From Callorhinchus milii (Eukaryota), in contig NW_024704744.1 in NCBI RefSeq assembly GCF_018977255.1, positions 82,398,001 through 82,462,000 on the forward strand: 64,000 nucleotides of DNA, in the 5' to 3' direction. The position numbers were made by a program, and so were the translations under genes. Shown in pieces: positions 36,448 to 48,300 of the stretch. The notes under the pieces are model-generated. The model did no database searches. It was given only the letters and a program-made list of their open reading frames with translations, and was not told the origin of the DNA. Position 1 is the first letter of the stretch. Every line of letters starts with the position of its first letter.

Positions 36448-38719
36448 ATTTATTTATCATCCGCAAACCGTTGCTTTTGAGTGTGGATAAAAGTTAGTGA
36501 CTTACTTCAACTAGTATCCTGTGTAGGAGAACCCAAATGCTGGCTCCATAACTTAAAAAATAACTCACAGCCTGCAAAATTTGGGGTAAGATGTTGGCAA
36601 TTTTCTTTGTCAAATTGGCCTTAGTTCCAAAGCATTACGCTTAAGTCAGAGGTGTTCAGTTCCACAGCCAGTCTTTACGAACCCCCTGTGAAAAAAACGT
36701 GACATTTTATAACAGATTTGGTGTGATTGCACATCGAATTTGTTATGAAATGTCATATTTTTCACTGCATTCCTGGTACTGACACTTCACTATCGAGTGA
36801 GGATGTTTGTAGACACACCACTTATCAACTCCGAAAGGATGAAGCATTTGAGTGCATTTACCAGGATTCAGTCTCAGAATCTTCAAATCCAAAGCCTATC
36901 TGAGATAAATGCACATTGCCATTTTGTAATTTGTACGATAGAGATTCGTAATTTTCTTAACAGATAAGTTTGCAACTTAAAGTGGAATTTGTGTCAAGAC
37001 ATCCTTTTGCAACTGAAATATTTAATTCTTCTTTCCTACCATTGCATAGTACTTTCTAATATCTTAAATCAGTTTTCTGTTGAATACTGAACTTTGCACT
37101 TGGTTTGTAGCTAGATCTCTTTGAAACAGTTCTTTCAAGATCATGCACCAACTCGCAAATGGGAAAAAGGAAAAACTGGTAAGTCAGTAATAGGAGACCA
37201 TTTACAAAGAAGAATGGATAGATATCACAGAAGTTGCAATAGGTTGCTCTGGAGGCTCAAATTGTTATTTTTCATAATGAAACAATAAGTGCAGTTGGCT
37301 GCATATCATGCAACCGTGAATTGACATAGTTGTTGAGATTCTTTCAACTTTTAACCCATGTGTTACCATTTCTCTGTTTTTCTAACCCTCCTGAACCAAT
37401 GTTATAATGCCTTTCACCAGCCTTTGCATAGTATTCTCCTCAGGCTATGGCTGAAAATAGCACTAGTGGCTGTGACTACTGTACATTAATTATAGGAACA
37501 CGGGAACAGGAAGAGGCTATTCAGTCCATTGAGCTGTTACTCTTGTGTATTACATTATGACAGATCTTTTAATCCCATTCACTGTCTTTTCCCCACACCT
37601 CTGACTGCTATTCCTTACCACGTGTCTATCCAGAGGATATTATTTGGTTATTAAGTTCATGATCAGATGACAAATCAGTTTTTGTTCTCAAAAATGCATG
37701 ATTAATGTTCATGTCAATGCAACCTGAGGTTGATCACTGTGTTTCATAGTGAAGCCGCGCTGACCCAGCAACTAGAACAAGACTGCATTAAATATTATAA
37801 AAGGGGCTTTGCACCATTAATGTAGAATAAGGCTCTTAGAGAGTTTGTTTTTGCAATGAATCTAGTGTAAAAGTCAGGAGGCAGGTGTACCTGATCAACT
37901 ACCCAGTAACACATGGACAATACCAGAAAAGCATATTGCACATTTTGATTGCTCCAATTCTATCACTTTTGGTGCATTCTGAATAAACTAAAAGATGGGA
38001 AGGCTGCTCATAATGAATCCTGTAACTTAGGGCTTCAGTTACTTAGAATTATAGGAATACTTCATGACAATTAATTAGGAGAAATGCAGACTTCATATCT
38101 TAACGTTTCATGGCCTCTTAACCCCTCAAAAGTGATTTACGCCATTTGTGCCAAGGTGGACGGATTTGTCAACATTTTTAATTTGTTTCTTTAGAATGTA
38201 AATAAGCCACAATGTCTCACACGAAGTGGAACAACTCCTTTTAAATTACCAACTGTCCTCCCGTAAAGCCTCAAGTGAAGACCAGCTGTCAATCTAACAT
38301 GAGGGGAGTCTTCTGTAGCCAATCAGTTGCATTTCAGACAGAGCAGCAAGTGGGCAGCTCCCCCCACTGGTAAACTCTATATAAGCAGCACTCAAGTTTG
38401 CTGGATATGTGGAAATCCAGGACAAATATTTCCTAGTGAAGTTGAGTGTAAGAGCTTTGATTAAGTGAATTTACAATGGAAAACTCCTATCATAAGTGCA
38501 CATTGTCACAATCCCTATATTGAGTGACGAGAGGAATTTCCAGTGTTCACCAAAAACTAGACAAAGGAGAGAGATAAGTCTAGCATATGGGGACCTGGAC
38601 GAGGATGGACAGAGAACCTGAAGCTTGGGTTAAGATAAACAGAGAACTGGGCTGGGAACAGGACAAACAAGAGACTGAGGCTGGGGCGGAGCAGATAGGT
38701 GTTTGGGAGGATGAGAAGT

Positions 38720-38850
38720 CTCGAATCTCTGGAACTTCTTGCCTGAATCCCTCCATCTTGCTCCCTCTTTGCCCATCTTCAAATCACACCTGAAGACTTT
38801 CCTCTTTGACTGTGCCTTCAGTCAACTTCCCCCATTCTGGCTCAGCATCA
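38720..38850 (+). mobile_element. Old L2 3' fragment
   Basis: ctggaac..tccctccatcttg..ttcaaatcacacctgaagactttcctctttgactgtgccttc (FKSHLKTFLFDCAF). Confidence 0.75.
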
Positions 38851-38954
38851 GACCATACCGCTGTTAAGGGCTTCAAGATGCTACCTGCATGAAGGTGGCT
38901 ATGCAAACGCCCTGCTTGTCGGCCTTCACAACTCCTCCCTCCACAGGCCACAGA

Positions 38955-39579
38955 TAATCCAAAACTCTGCAGCCCGTGTCCTCTCACGCAACAAACTCTG
39001 TGACCCCATCTCCCCCATTCTCGACAGGCTCCACTGGCTCCCTATCCTTCAGAGGATCCAGTTCAAAATTCCTGGTCCACACTTACAAAGCCCTCCATGG
39101 CCTCGCCCCACCCTACCTCTGTGGCCTCCTAACCCCCTACCAGACCGCCCGCTCACTCCGCTCAGCCGGCTCTGGCCACCCCACCATTGACGGGAGATAA
39201 TAATAATCCCTAATAATAATAAGCACCTAATAATAATCCCTCCAAAAACAAAAAACAATAATAAATTGGTCATTTTCAATCTACGACTGTTTGTGGGACA
39301 TTGCTGTGCACAATTGGCTGCCGCGTTCGCCCACAAATATACAGTCAATTCACTTTACAGTGTGTTCTGTGAAGCACTTTGGGACGTCCTCCCGACGTGA
39401 AAAGCGCTATATCAAATGCAAGGATTATTATTATTATTATCGGCCACCCCCTTCCCCTCCCCTCCCTTCTCCCCCCCAACCCCAGCTCGGGTCTGAAATG
39501 CTGTACACTGTCCAGCCCCTTTGGACGTCCTCCCGACATGAAAGGCGCTATACAAATGTAATCTTGTTGTTGTTGTTGT
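38955..39579 (+). mobile_element. Young L2 3' fragment interrupted by a SINE
   Basis: PISPILDRLHWLPILQRIQFKILVHTYKALHGLAPPYLCGLLTPYQTARSLRS (L2 ORF2 C-terminus); UTR and (TTG)n tail at 39441-39579. Confidence 0.9.
39197..39440 (+). mobile_element. 5'-truncated young SINE A
   Basis: Body and tail near-identical to the full copies; no tRNA head. Confidence 0.92.
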
Positions 39580-40329
39580 ACATAAATGCAAGTTTCTGTT
39601 GCTACAGGAGCATGACAGATAGAGGATTGTGGGCTGGGATGGGAATGGACATAAAACCAGGTGCTAGGACATTAACAGACAAGAGACCTGGAGTCCAGCA
39701 CCAGGATGGACAAGGAAACAGGAACTCGGGTCCAATAAAAGAGGTTGTGCCTATTGAGTCCAGAGTTGATCACTGAGGGGGTGGGGAAGAGGAGTTCTCA
39801 AACAAACTACTGTGGGGATTTCCTGTACACCTCAAGCACTGTATTCTATCAGCACATTTTATTAATGTTCACACTATAGTTTCCTACTTCTTAGGTAAAT
39901 TTTCATCAACAAAGAAAAAGGCTTGTATGCTACTGAAAATGAAACCACAAATGTTTTCTGAAATAACACAAGTCTGAACTTTTACTGCATGTATATTTGT
40001 TAAAGTGATTTTTGAAAGAAAAATATAAAAATAGTGTGTGTTATTCAATGGAGAAAAATGCTAGTGAATTGTTTTCACTTTGCATTAATTGTCAGTGAAA
40101 CTCAAACATTCTCATGTAAGGCAACATGATTATCTAATGTGAAACTCTTAAATTAACCAGGAAATAGCGAACATCCAACCTCTGAACAGCACCCACACAT
40201 TGTTACTTTCCTATTTTCCATATCATCTCTCCTTATAGTTCCTCTTAGCTAAGCTGTTGAATTGTTGCCAACTCTGAGGGTTGTATTGTTCGGTGGCTTC
40301 TTGTACCCTAGGGACTGGGTGCATCTGCC

Positions 40330-40860
40330 AATATTATTTCTCAAATCTCAGATACATAGTCAAATTCACTCATCTAATATTAGCACGTTCCAGGCAAAGG
40401 CCTCATGTAGACAGATCTTCACAAGTCCCAGTCTGTTCCTGAGCTTTATCAGTTCTGCATGTAGTCGAACTCCATTATAAGGTGGGTTTGCTTATTGGAC
40501 CGGTTCTTTTTGGACCTATGGTTGATTTCAACATTCGGACCGCCAGATTCCTCCTATGAAAAATGGTTGACATCAGATCGTTGTCCACAACACTTCCTAC
40601 TTGATATATGGAAGAAGTACTTGGCATAACACAGCACGCACAGCTTGCAGGAAGCGACATCAACGGCGAGTGACAACTTTGTAGTTGGCCCTTTTAAGGC
40701 ATGGGAAGCTGGCACATGTATAGTTTGCAGGCACACTGCATCTATTGTAGCCTTGTGCCCTGATATCATGTATGTTTGGATCCCAAATGGCGCATTATAC
40801 CAGTGTTTTTCTATTCATACCCTTTATTATATGCAAAGTTGCTTTAAGCAGCTTTGTTTT
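40330..40860 (-). pseudogene. Possible decayed hAT-type transposase
   Basis: Ordered minus-strand fragments NIHDIRAQGYN, IHVPASHAL, YFFHISSRK and LGLVKIC resemble hAT motifs RGQGYDGA, YxHCxxHxL, FFxxSxKR and LxxLCxTRW, across frameshifts. Confidence 0.35.
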
Positions 40861-41607
40861 GGTCCATTAAAACTCACTGCCTAAAACAAAATTCAAGTGA
40901 ATTTTCAACTCTTGACTCAGTGTATAAATTGTCCAATGCCAAATTACAGACAGTTATCACCTTCCTAAAATTCCCTTCGCAAAGACTTGTATGTTTCAAA
41001 AATAGTGTGCGACTCTGACGTTTAGCCAGCTGGGCTCAGTTTGAATTTTCCATTCAAGCACGTACGTTTTTTTTCTTCCCAAACTGAATTAACCCTGTTC
41101 CAGTCCCAAACAAAATCTCAATAGTGCAGACATGGGCACTCATGCATGTGCAGCTGTGCTATACAATCCTCAAGCTGCCTCTGAGTGGCTATTTTACTGA
41201 AATTTGTTGCCTTTTAAGTGTTGCTGTGTATGGATGATTCCTTACGTCTGTGTTGTTACTCTTCATTTAGGCTTGTGTTTGCCTTAATGTGACTGAACCA
41301 GGGAAATTCAGACTTGTTTGATTCTCTGGCTCAGATGTTCAGCTATAATAGCCTTTGAGGTGAGAGTTTTAAAGCATTTTCGAGTCTCTTGAAATTCAAC
41401 TGTTGGCACTTTCAGGTCATGAGGAAACTGTGAGATGCTGCTTTTACACTCAATAAAGACATGGATTATACAGTGTATTTTTGTAAATTAACGCCATCTG
41501 TACTGACAAATTTGTGGTTTGTTTTTAAGGATATATAAAGAGTAAAGGAAATGAAGTGACTCTCACAAAGGCTAAATTAGAGACCCCAAATGCCATGCGA
41601 TCTCAGT

Positions 41608-41795
41608 TCGAGACCATTTTGCTTTAAACCTTAAGATTGTGCAGAATTTTGCAAAATTCCTAAATACAGTCTGGATTCTGGAAGCCGGTTTCTTCAAAAG
41701 AAACTGTGGAAAATGTAGCTTCCAAAATGAGAATAAACCAACGAGTTTCCCAAAAATCATTGCACCAACTTAAATTAAAAGCCAAAACGTCCTGC
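41608..41795. repeat. Fold-back MITE-like element (family M)
   Basis: gaccattttgctttaaaccttaagattgtgcagaattttg pairs with caaaaatcattgcaccaacttaaattaaaagccaaaacgtc; similar to 47853-48080. Confidence 0.6.
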
Positions 41796-42519
41796 AGGTA
41801 AGATCTGGTGGAATTTGAGGCCTCAGATTTTTTTTGAAACAACACGAGGAGTTTGCCCAAATTTGTGCCACTTTAAACCTAAAGAATGACAATGCCTCCT
41901 CACAGAGAAACAGAGGTTGGTGTCCCGACATAGTTTCCAGCTTGATGGTTCACTGCCAGGCAACCAGCTGCTGACTGTGGCTGGTGCCATAGCAACAAGG
42001 GAGGGTGATTAAATTATTACTTTTAAAATAAATGATTTGCCGGGTTGTCTTGTGCGTCTGGAAGGATGTTTCCAATCATCAGGATTTTATGCTGTGTTTG
42101 CACTGAAAGTGAACACAGTAGCAAATTGTGCTGGAGTGAGTCCCTTGCTGAGCCCACCTTGAGAGGTGATTTCAGCAACATTTCAATTGGAACTATTTAT
42201 AAATGCAACGGATTGAAATAGAGTCCAGCTTTGCACCCCAAACGGTTCCTTAAAAATTCTTGTGCGGTCCATTCGACGGTTCAGGAACTTTAAAAGGCCA
42301 TTTTATTAATGTTATTTTAATACCATTTAAATAAAAACTATCACCCAATTTCGGCACATGTAGATACTCAGACTTTCCGCTCCACATGACTCCACTGCTG
42401 GAAATGATATCTCATTGCTTCCAGCAGTACAAACAAAACATTAATGATGGGTGGCTGCGTCAATTTTCCCTGATGGTGTTAGCAGGCTGATCGGTCCAAG
42501 AAGAATGTCTGTGCCTAAA

Positions 42520-42620
42520 CCCTGCGTATGTGGGTCTGAACTGTGCATGTGACCCTGGGCTGTGTATATGATCCTGGGCTGTGTATGTGGACCGGGGCTA
42601 TGTTGCTGTGCCTGGGCCCA
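42520..42620 (+). repeat. Minisatellite of about five 19-bp units (cctgggctgtgtatgtgat)
   Basis: Direct reading of degenerate units. Confidence 0.8.
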
Positions 42621-43936
42621 CCCCTGCCAGGGCATGAGGTAGATATAGATATCTGGGAGGAGCGTTTAAATTCCACTACTTCTTTGTGCTATACTTGTCT
42701 CAATGGCATGAACTCAATTCTTTCCACGTTAACATCCCCTTTTCAAAACCCATTACCAATACACTACAGTGCTTCACTGACTGTCACAACCTTGCATTTC
42801 TGTGCTGGATGATACTGCAAGTTTGCAAGAGATGTCCAGAATACCACACAAGCATATTCACTCAACCATAGTTTAATCCTGGGCAAGGACAGTACAAAAT
42901 AGCATATAAAGACTGGAGTTTTCCATCTGCATCCCTTGACAGGATAAAAGCGTCACCTAGCACAGACTGACGCGAGGCAACTATAGTGCTTTACAGCCAA
43001 TCCTCAAACTGGAAGTCTTTCTGTGACGGATATGACAGTAAGCATTACCAATCTTATTGAACAACTCAAATACGTACTGAAAATGTTAGTGAAATCTTTG
43101 AATTTCCAGAGGTAGTATCCCTTGGAAACTGTCTGACAGCAAAACATATATCTGGCAAATCACTTTCTAAAATCCCACTTGTGGCAAAGAATTGTCTGCC
43201 TGTAAATGTGCTGAATTAGCAGGTCAAACAATTCCATATAGTTTAAGCTTCTTCAAAAGCTGGGGCCTAAGGTTGTTTTTTAAAGCTTGCAGTGGGTATT
43301 GAGATAATTGTCAAGCGCTCCTAAAAGCAATGCAGTAGCTGAAATGTTACTGATTTAAATTCATGTGAAATAGGGCCTCACTTACACAGAGGTTAACAGA
43401 CAGGCAGTACATACCCGGCTTGTAGCAATTACAAGATAAAAGTAACCATGACAATTACAACGGAAACATGTAATTGGTAATTTAATTACAGTCATCTAAA
43501 GTTACTTAAAGTAATCAATATAACTATTTTTTTCATGCTAAATAATTGATTCAATTCAATTACTTTTCAAGTAAGGTGCTTAGTGTTTAGCAACTTTTCT
43601 TTTATGTTTCATTTAAGAATTTGTCATCTTTAATGAAATTGTATTGGTTAAAAGCAAAAAATAATTCTGCGTTTAAACTGTTTTTATTCTTTTGAAGATA
43701 ACTGATTCTGAAAGGCCAGATTTTTATGTTATGTCTTCTTTTTGGGTTGTGATCCTTAACTAGTTGCTTGCACTGAATTCATCTGCTATGTTATTAGCTG
43801 CTTTACATTTATGGGAACCAGAAATTAGACAGTTACAAGAATGAAACAAAGCTTGGATCAAGAGGCCACTCAGTCTATTGAGCCCACTTTGTCCACACAA
43901 ATCTTATCAAAATCATGAACTTTACTTCCCCCTAAT

Positions 43937-44068
43937 CCCCCCCTCCCCCCCCCCCCCCCCTCCCCACACAATCACTCTCTCTCTCACACACGCACACTCA
44001 CTCTCTCTCTCACACACGCACACTCACTCTCTCTCTCACACACGCACAATCACTCGCTCACACCCACA
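43937..44068 (+). repeat. Poly-C plus compound (CT)n/(CA)n microsatellite
   Basis: Direct reading. Confidence 0.9.
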
Positions 44069-44624
44069 TAAACTACATCTCTTGGCAAACATTATGCTCT
44101 TAGCTAGTTCTTGATCCTAAAAGCCGTCAGGTTAAAAGCTCCAGAATATTCATCTATCCTCACATCTGCCTATTCAAACCTGGCCTCCATTTCGCCACAA
44201 ACATTTCACGTGGGTATTCTACTCACCTGTAAGTGAATTTATCTGTTCACCTGTAAGTACTTTGCACTGGTTTTTAGGCATCTACTCTTTCGTTCACTGC
44301 ACTCTCAGCTTAACCTTTAAAACCTTATTTCCTTGTTATGTTCTTGTTATATCTATAGATTCTTCTTTGCCTGGATCATTTTTGTTTCTCTATATTCAAA
44401 TTTTAGCTCCTCTATGCCTAGATTGATTTCCGATTCCTTCCTCATTACGGATCACTAGTCTTGCTGTTTCAGCCCAGTTGGTGTATAGTCCATCTTTCTC
44501 GAACCAACCTGGCTTATTCTTAGAACAAATCTTGTTGTCTCTGAATCTAAAAAAATTTCGACCTGCATCTTATCTGCTCAGTTATTTGTTGATTCTTATA
44601 ATCTTATATTATAATCTTACGTTG

Positions 44625-44850
44625 GGCAGATACAGGAAATCTATCCCAGAGATGCTTTGATTTGTCCCCTCCCTCGTGTCCTTCAAGGTCCACCTCAAGA
44701 CCTTCTTCTTTGACTGTGCTTTTGGTCACGTTTCCCCGCGCTCCCCCCACCCCCGGCCCACTGGCCCCACCCCCATTCAGGTGCAAACCCTGTACACTGG
44801 AGATATCCTCCCACCATGAAACGAGCTGAATAAATGTAATATTGTATTGT
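44625..44850 (+). mobile_element. L2 3' fragment
   Basis: SFKVHLKTFFFDCAF plus UTR and tail. Confidence 0.8.
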
Positions 44851-45711
44851 ACTCATTTACTATACCTTTACCAAAGACTGGTAATAATGTGGAAAATGCA
44901 ACTTTACATCACTTTCTTTCAATCACATAAAAATACAGTCACTACACTTCGCAGAAAACTCCGAGGACTACTTTAAAATGTTTTGACCGGATAAGCCACT
45001 TCATCAAATGCAAGGATTATTTACTGTTTTCAGCTAAAATTCCTAAACCTAATATATACATTTCTGGCTGTATTTTTCCTAATGTTACATCCTGATAGCT
45101 GTTCTCTGCACCAGCAAATCCCCCTCTCAAAACTTTAGCAGATGTTTGAAATCCTCCTATGGTTGTTTATTTATCGAACCGTTCTCCGTTACCTTTCCAT
45201 CAACAAAGCTCTTTCTCTCTCTCGCGCTCTCTTATTCCAAACCCTGACTCTTTCTAAATTTCGATTTCCCCCTTGTGAGAAGCATTCTCTGCTGAAAAGA
45301 GAAATATAATTATTATTTCATTTAGTATAATTTTTTTTAAAAAAAACTCTTATCCTGCTTAGCATCATCTCTACATGGTTCACAAAGAAAGCAATGTGAC
45401 CAGCATTTTCTAGGTTAGGATGAGAATTCAAAATATCTGAGTGGATTCCTTTTAATTTACCCACCACTAACAATACTCAACTTGCCCAGGCCAAGTATGA
45501 TATAGGCATTTGCTATACGACTGCCACAGCCTTCACCTTAGTCTTTCTGCAGTGCTTTTCTCTACATCAAATGCCATTTTCGCTCTCCAAACAGTAAACA
45601 CAGGCCCTTTATATGACAATTCCATAATGTACGATTCGATTGACCGAAGCTAATGAAGTCACCATCTGATTAAACATCCATCTGGAAGTTTAAGTTCTCA
45701 CAGTAATAGTG

Positions 45712-45930
45712 AATAATAATAATAATCTTTGCATTTGATATAGCACCTTATCATGCCTTCGAGAAGTCTCAAAGCGCTTCACAGAATATATTGTAAAGTG
45801 AATTGTGTATTTTGTGGGATGAAACGTGGCAGTCAATTTCGCACTGCAGTGTCCCACAAACAGTCGTGGAATAAAGTGACAATTTTTTTTTAAATTACAT
45901 TTTTTTTTAATTGAGTGACCAAATTATTAT
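45712..45930 (-). mobile_element. SINE family A 3' half
   Basis: (AAT)n tail through gtcccacaaacagtcgt. Confidence 0.85.
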
Positions 45931-46374
45931 GTCCACGTCTGGAATGTCCGTGTCCAGAAGGTCTGGTCCCGGAGAGTTTGTAGATCTATTCATTTAGTGC
46001 TACTCCCCTGCCTTTCCTTCACACTCTTTTTACAGTTTTCCTTCTACAGCAATAACTTGCTTTTATATAGTGCCCTTCACATAAGGCAACGCCTTGCAGC
46101 GCTGATATAATAATTCTTAAATTTGATATAGTGGTTGAAATATCTCAAAGTGCTTCACAGGATTCTATCATTTCAGGGAAATGTACTTTCTCCAGCAATA
46201 TTTTTTTCCCTCTGAATAAACTGGTGTACTCATCACACTCACAAGGGCCAAATGAAAAATCTCCGAACGTGTTTCCCATTTCTATCCACTTGCTTGTCTT
46301 GTGTGTACTGTAACTCATCTGGATAGATAGACTTTATGTACACTTGAGTCCGGTAAGAAGCTGTCTCGGGTCCT

Positions 46375-46455
46375 GATCCCAGACTGTTCAGCGCCTTGGG
46401 ATGTTCTCCTGACATGAAAGGCGCTTTACAAATTTAATTTGGTTGTTGTTGTTGT
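46375..46455 (+). mobile_element. L2 tail
   Basis: cagcgccttgggatgttctcctgacatgaaaggcgctttacaaat followed by (TTG)n. Confidence 0.8.
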
Positions 46456-47852
46456 CTCATCAAGTATATAAAAGACATGTACGTAACAGTGGAATGCAAC
46501 CTTATATGAACCATGATGAAACAAGATAAGCTTCTTATATTTCAATCCATTTCTAATAAAAAAAAGTGGCTACATTTCCACCACAAATGAACCTTGTTCC
46601 GAGCCAAACCTGCCCTCGTCACTAATTCGCCTTCCCACAGTTATAAGCCAATGGTGCCTCTACAGCCTGAGATGTCCTCACTTCTCAGAACAAACACATT
46701 CAAGGCTGTTCATTGTGTAACATGGATTACCAGTGGGTAATTAATGGGCACACCGCAGAGCCAAGAGTGTGGAATCACCTTAGATCACCGGCACAAACTG
46801 CAAAAAAGTAAAAAGGCAAATATTTGCTTACCAAACAGAAAAGATTGCTCAAATTCAATGCCAGAGAAATTACTTGGGGGGAGAAATATCTGTATCCAGA
46901 TCTAACGAAGATGGGAAACCTGCTTTTAAATGAAATAAACTGCACTAGTTTTTCCCCTTTCAATATCTGCTACAGTACTACTTTTGCTGGATTCTGCCAC
47001 CACTAGGGTTTATCTTAGACTGATTGCTATAAGCACTCATGTTTTCAATCCTTACTTATAATGGGAAACCCCACTTATGAACAAGTAACAGAAAAAATAT
47101 ACAATTTTTACCCGCTGCTGCCCGACAGACCTATTGTCTTCATTTATTGCTCAGCAATGTAGTTCTTTCACTGTCAAGAATAAACAGCAGCTCACCTTTT
47201 TTGATGTGCTTTATATTTCCGTTTTAATATTTTCCAGGCAGCACACCATACTATCTTTGTGCTAACTGTGAATTTCCACAATGACATAAGTAAGATGGAC
47301 AGGGTGAATGTCAGAGTGGGTGAGCAGGATTGGCTTTTCATATTACGACATATACTGGAATAATCTGTTTTGACTCGAGTTCAAAATTCAGGACACAAAG
47401 TGCAATAATAAAAGACACACACAAGTACATCTTCCAGGAGGCTCCGATAATCCCTTCCATAAAGATGAATGCAGAGTAAAAAGCTATTAAAATACAGAGG
47501 CCAATATTTTTTATGGTGTAACTTTTCAAGAACCACATTCGTTTTTTTTCATATAGTTGGCCGTATTTCTCTGATTAAATCTTTAATTTCAAGTTAAATG
47601 ATGTAAAAATATCTTTCATTGTTCAAGAGCTCATATCACGAACAAAGGAAAAGGCTTTTTATTCTCACAGTACTTTTTGCTTACATTTCTTTGCTTGAAA
47701 GCTGTGGTATTCTGTAGTTCCAAACGTGGCAGCAGCCTCATGCAAAAGGGTTATTTTTCATGAGTAAACCTTGGATTTTGAGAATTAGCAGATGATATGA
47801 CCTTGAGGACCTGTGCAGACAAATCTGACCTTTTCCTCACCAGCAGAAGCCC

Positions 47853-48080
47853 TACATTTCTCAAGGCTTTAACCTTAAGACCAACAACTTAAAAATTAAA
47901 AATTGTGTAGAATTGTGGAAGTTCAGTCAGCCTTAACTCAGAAGCCGGCTTTCTGCAGTTTTTTTTAACCAACTTGACAACTAGCTTCATGGTTAAGAAT
48001 GAATTTAAGAATTTTCCAAAATTCTGTACAATCTTTAATGTTATCACAATTGTCCTAAGCCTAAGAATACGAGAAATATC
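47853..48080. repeat. Fold-back MITE-like element (family M)
   Basis: attaaaaattgtgtagaattgtggaa pairs with ttccaaaattctgtacaatctttaat; internal gaagccgg.tttct shared with 41681. Confidence 0.6.
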
Positions 48081-48204
48081 TAGCCTCTGATATCCGGAAA
48101 CATGAACTTGCAGTTAGGGTCATTTGGTATTGATTGGGACAAGTAACCTCAACTGTTTTTTTCCTCCCAAGGCCAAATACAATAAGGCAAACTCTTGCCT
48201 GGTG

Positions 48205-48300
48205 AGATCAGCTAACTCAATGCAATCCAAGAATGAAAACCTTTTGTCTTCTGATTGTATGGTTCAGTGCTGTACAGGGCAGTGCCTTTACCCACTGTCT
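48205..48300 (-). mobile_element. SINE-like family B head
   Basis: gagatcagctaactca...tgtatggttcagtgct...cagtgcctttacccactg. Confidence 0.55.
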
